DNA of 6,745 nucleotides from a virus (Duplodnaviria; Heunggongvirae; Uroviricota; Caudoviricetes): IMG/VR virus record IMGVR_UViG_2671181188_000015; one strand, 5' to 3'. Shown piece by piece: positions 5,864 to 6,745 of this stretch (position 1 is its first letter; each line of letters starts with the position of its first letter). The notes under the pieces were generated by a model. It saw only the letters and a program-made list of their open reading frames with translations, ran no database searches and was not told where the DNA came from. The position numbers and the translations under genes were made by a program.

Positions 5864-6745
5864 ATGTTATCGCCATATTCTGTAAATTTGGGATGTTCAT
5901 GGAATTCTTTAACCAGAAACCTGACTTCGCCTGATAATCGTGTTTTATCCTCTGTAAGGGATGCTGCCGTTCATTCTGATAATGGGGCGCAAGTAAAGGT
6001 TGGCAACAGAACATATCGTGTTGTTGCCACCGATAATAAGTTTTGCGTTACAAGAGAAAGTCATAGTGGTTGTTTTACTAATCTGTTGCACAGGCTGGGA
6101 TGGCCTAAGGGGGAGATTAGCAGGAAAATTGAGGTCATGCTGAATGCATCACCAGTGAGCGCTGCTATGGAAAGAGGCATTGTTCATTCGAACAGACCTG
6201 ATTTACCTCCTGTTGATTATGCACCGCCAGAGTTACCGAGTGTGGACTATAACAGGTTGTCAGTACCTGGTAATGTTATTGGCAAAGGGGGGAACGCTGT
6301 AGTATATGAAGATGCTGAGGATGCAACAAAAGTCCTGAAGATGTTTACTACATCTCAAAGCAATGAAGAGGTGACAAGCGAAGTTCGTTGCTTCAACCAA
6401 TATTATGGTGCCGGGAGTGCAGAAAAAATATATGGCAATAATGGTGATATTATTGGTATTAGAATGGATAAAATAAATGGAGAATCGCTTTTAAATATTT
6501 CGTCCTTGCCAGCACAGGCTGAGCATGCTATTTACGATATGTTTGATAGACTGGAGCAAAAAGGAATTCTTTTTGTCGATACAACAGAGACAAATGTCTT
6601 ATATGACCGCGCGAAGAATGAGTTTAATCCAATAGATATATCATCTTATAATGTTTCCGACCGTTCATGGAGTGAAAGTCAAATAATGCAATCTTATCAT
6701 GGCGGAAAGCAAGATCTTATTAGTGTGGTATTAAGTAAAATTTAG
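5864..6745 (+). CDS. nleH: T3SS effector NleH1, OspG-like Ser/Thr kinase (293 aa)
   Basis: ATG at 5864 is preceded by AAGG (5851-5854) with 9-nt spacing; the track start at 5855 is a TTG three codons upstream. The translation MLSPYSVNLGCSWNSLTRNL... matches NleH from memory. It has the glycine-rich loop GKGGNAVVYED (residues 140-150), a lysine at position 159 (VLKMF), a 293-aa length and the C-terminal tripeptide S-K-I, consistent with NleH1 rather than the longer NleH2. Stop TAG at 6743-6745. Confidence 0.9.
   Translation: MLSPYSVNLGCSWNSLTRNLTSPDNRVLSSVRDAAVHSDNGAQVKVGNRTYRVVATDNKFCVTRESHSGCFTNLLHRLGWPKGEISRKIEVMLNASPVSAAMERGIVHSNRPDLPPVDYAPPELPSVDYNRLSVPGNVIGKGGNAVVYEDAEDATKVLKMFTTSQSNEEVTSEVRCFNQYYGAGSAEKIYGNNGDIIGIRMDKINGESLLNISSLPAQAEHAIYDMFDRLEQKGILFVDTTETNVLYDRAKNEFNPIDISSYNVSDRSWSESQIMQSYHGGKQDLISVVLSKI

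Noticed and set aside
5823-6014. Minus-strand 63-aa ORF overlapping the nleH1 start
   Set aside because: Antisense to the well-supported nleH1 5' end; no SD; AT-rich chance ORF.
1-6745. Whole window as a novel defence or other undescribed system
   Set aside because: Every substantial ORF except the 98-codon Cys-rich one is recognisable as a phage tail component, Lom, or a known T3SS effector, and the gene order matches a known EHEC prophage effector locus as I remember it. No CRISPR repeats, toxin-antitoxin pair, integrase or transposase was seen. Claiming novelty would not be supported.

Overview
All supportable genes are on the + strand. The window reads as the tail-fibre end of a lambdoid prophage carrying type III secretion effector cargo. 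In order: the 3' end of a gpJ-like host-specificity gene (1-606); lom (677-1276), bracketed by two intrinsic terminators; a Stf-like side tail fibre with a 36-triplet collagen-like Gly-X-Y tract (1336-2652); a translationally coupled Cys-rich 98-codon ORF of unknown function (2654-2950); the AT-rich effector genes nleB2 (3004-3984) and nleC (4045-5037); a start-less 3' fragment of a tail fibre assembly gene tfa (about 5555-5695); and nleH1 (5864-6745). From memory, not from a search, this gene order matches the well-characterised non-LEE effector locus of EHEC O157:H7 prophage CP-933K/Sp3 (O-island 36). I therefore do not think the window holds an undescribed system. The points worth a second look are the mosaic junctions where effector cargo interrupts the stf-tfa module, the Cys-rich small ORF, the repeat structure of the fibre gene, and an 18-bp perfect palindrome in the AT-rich spacer. 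No tRNA, rRNA, CRISPR array, transposase or integrase was seen.
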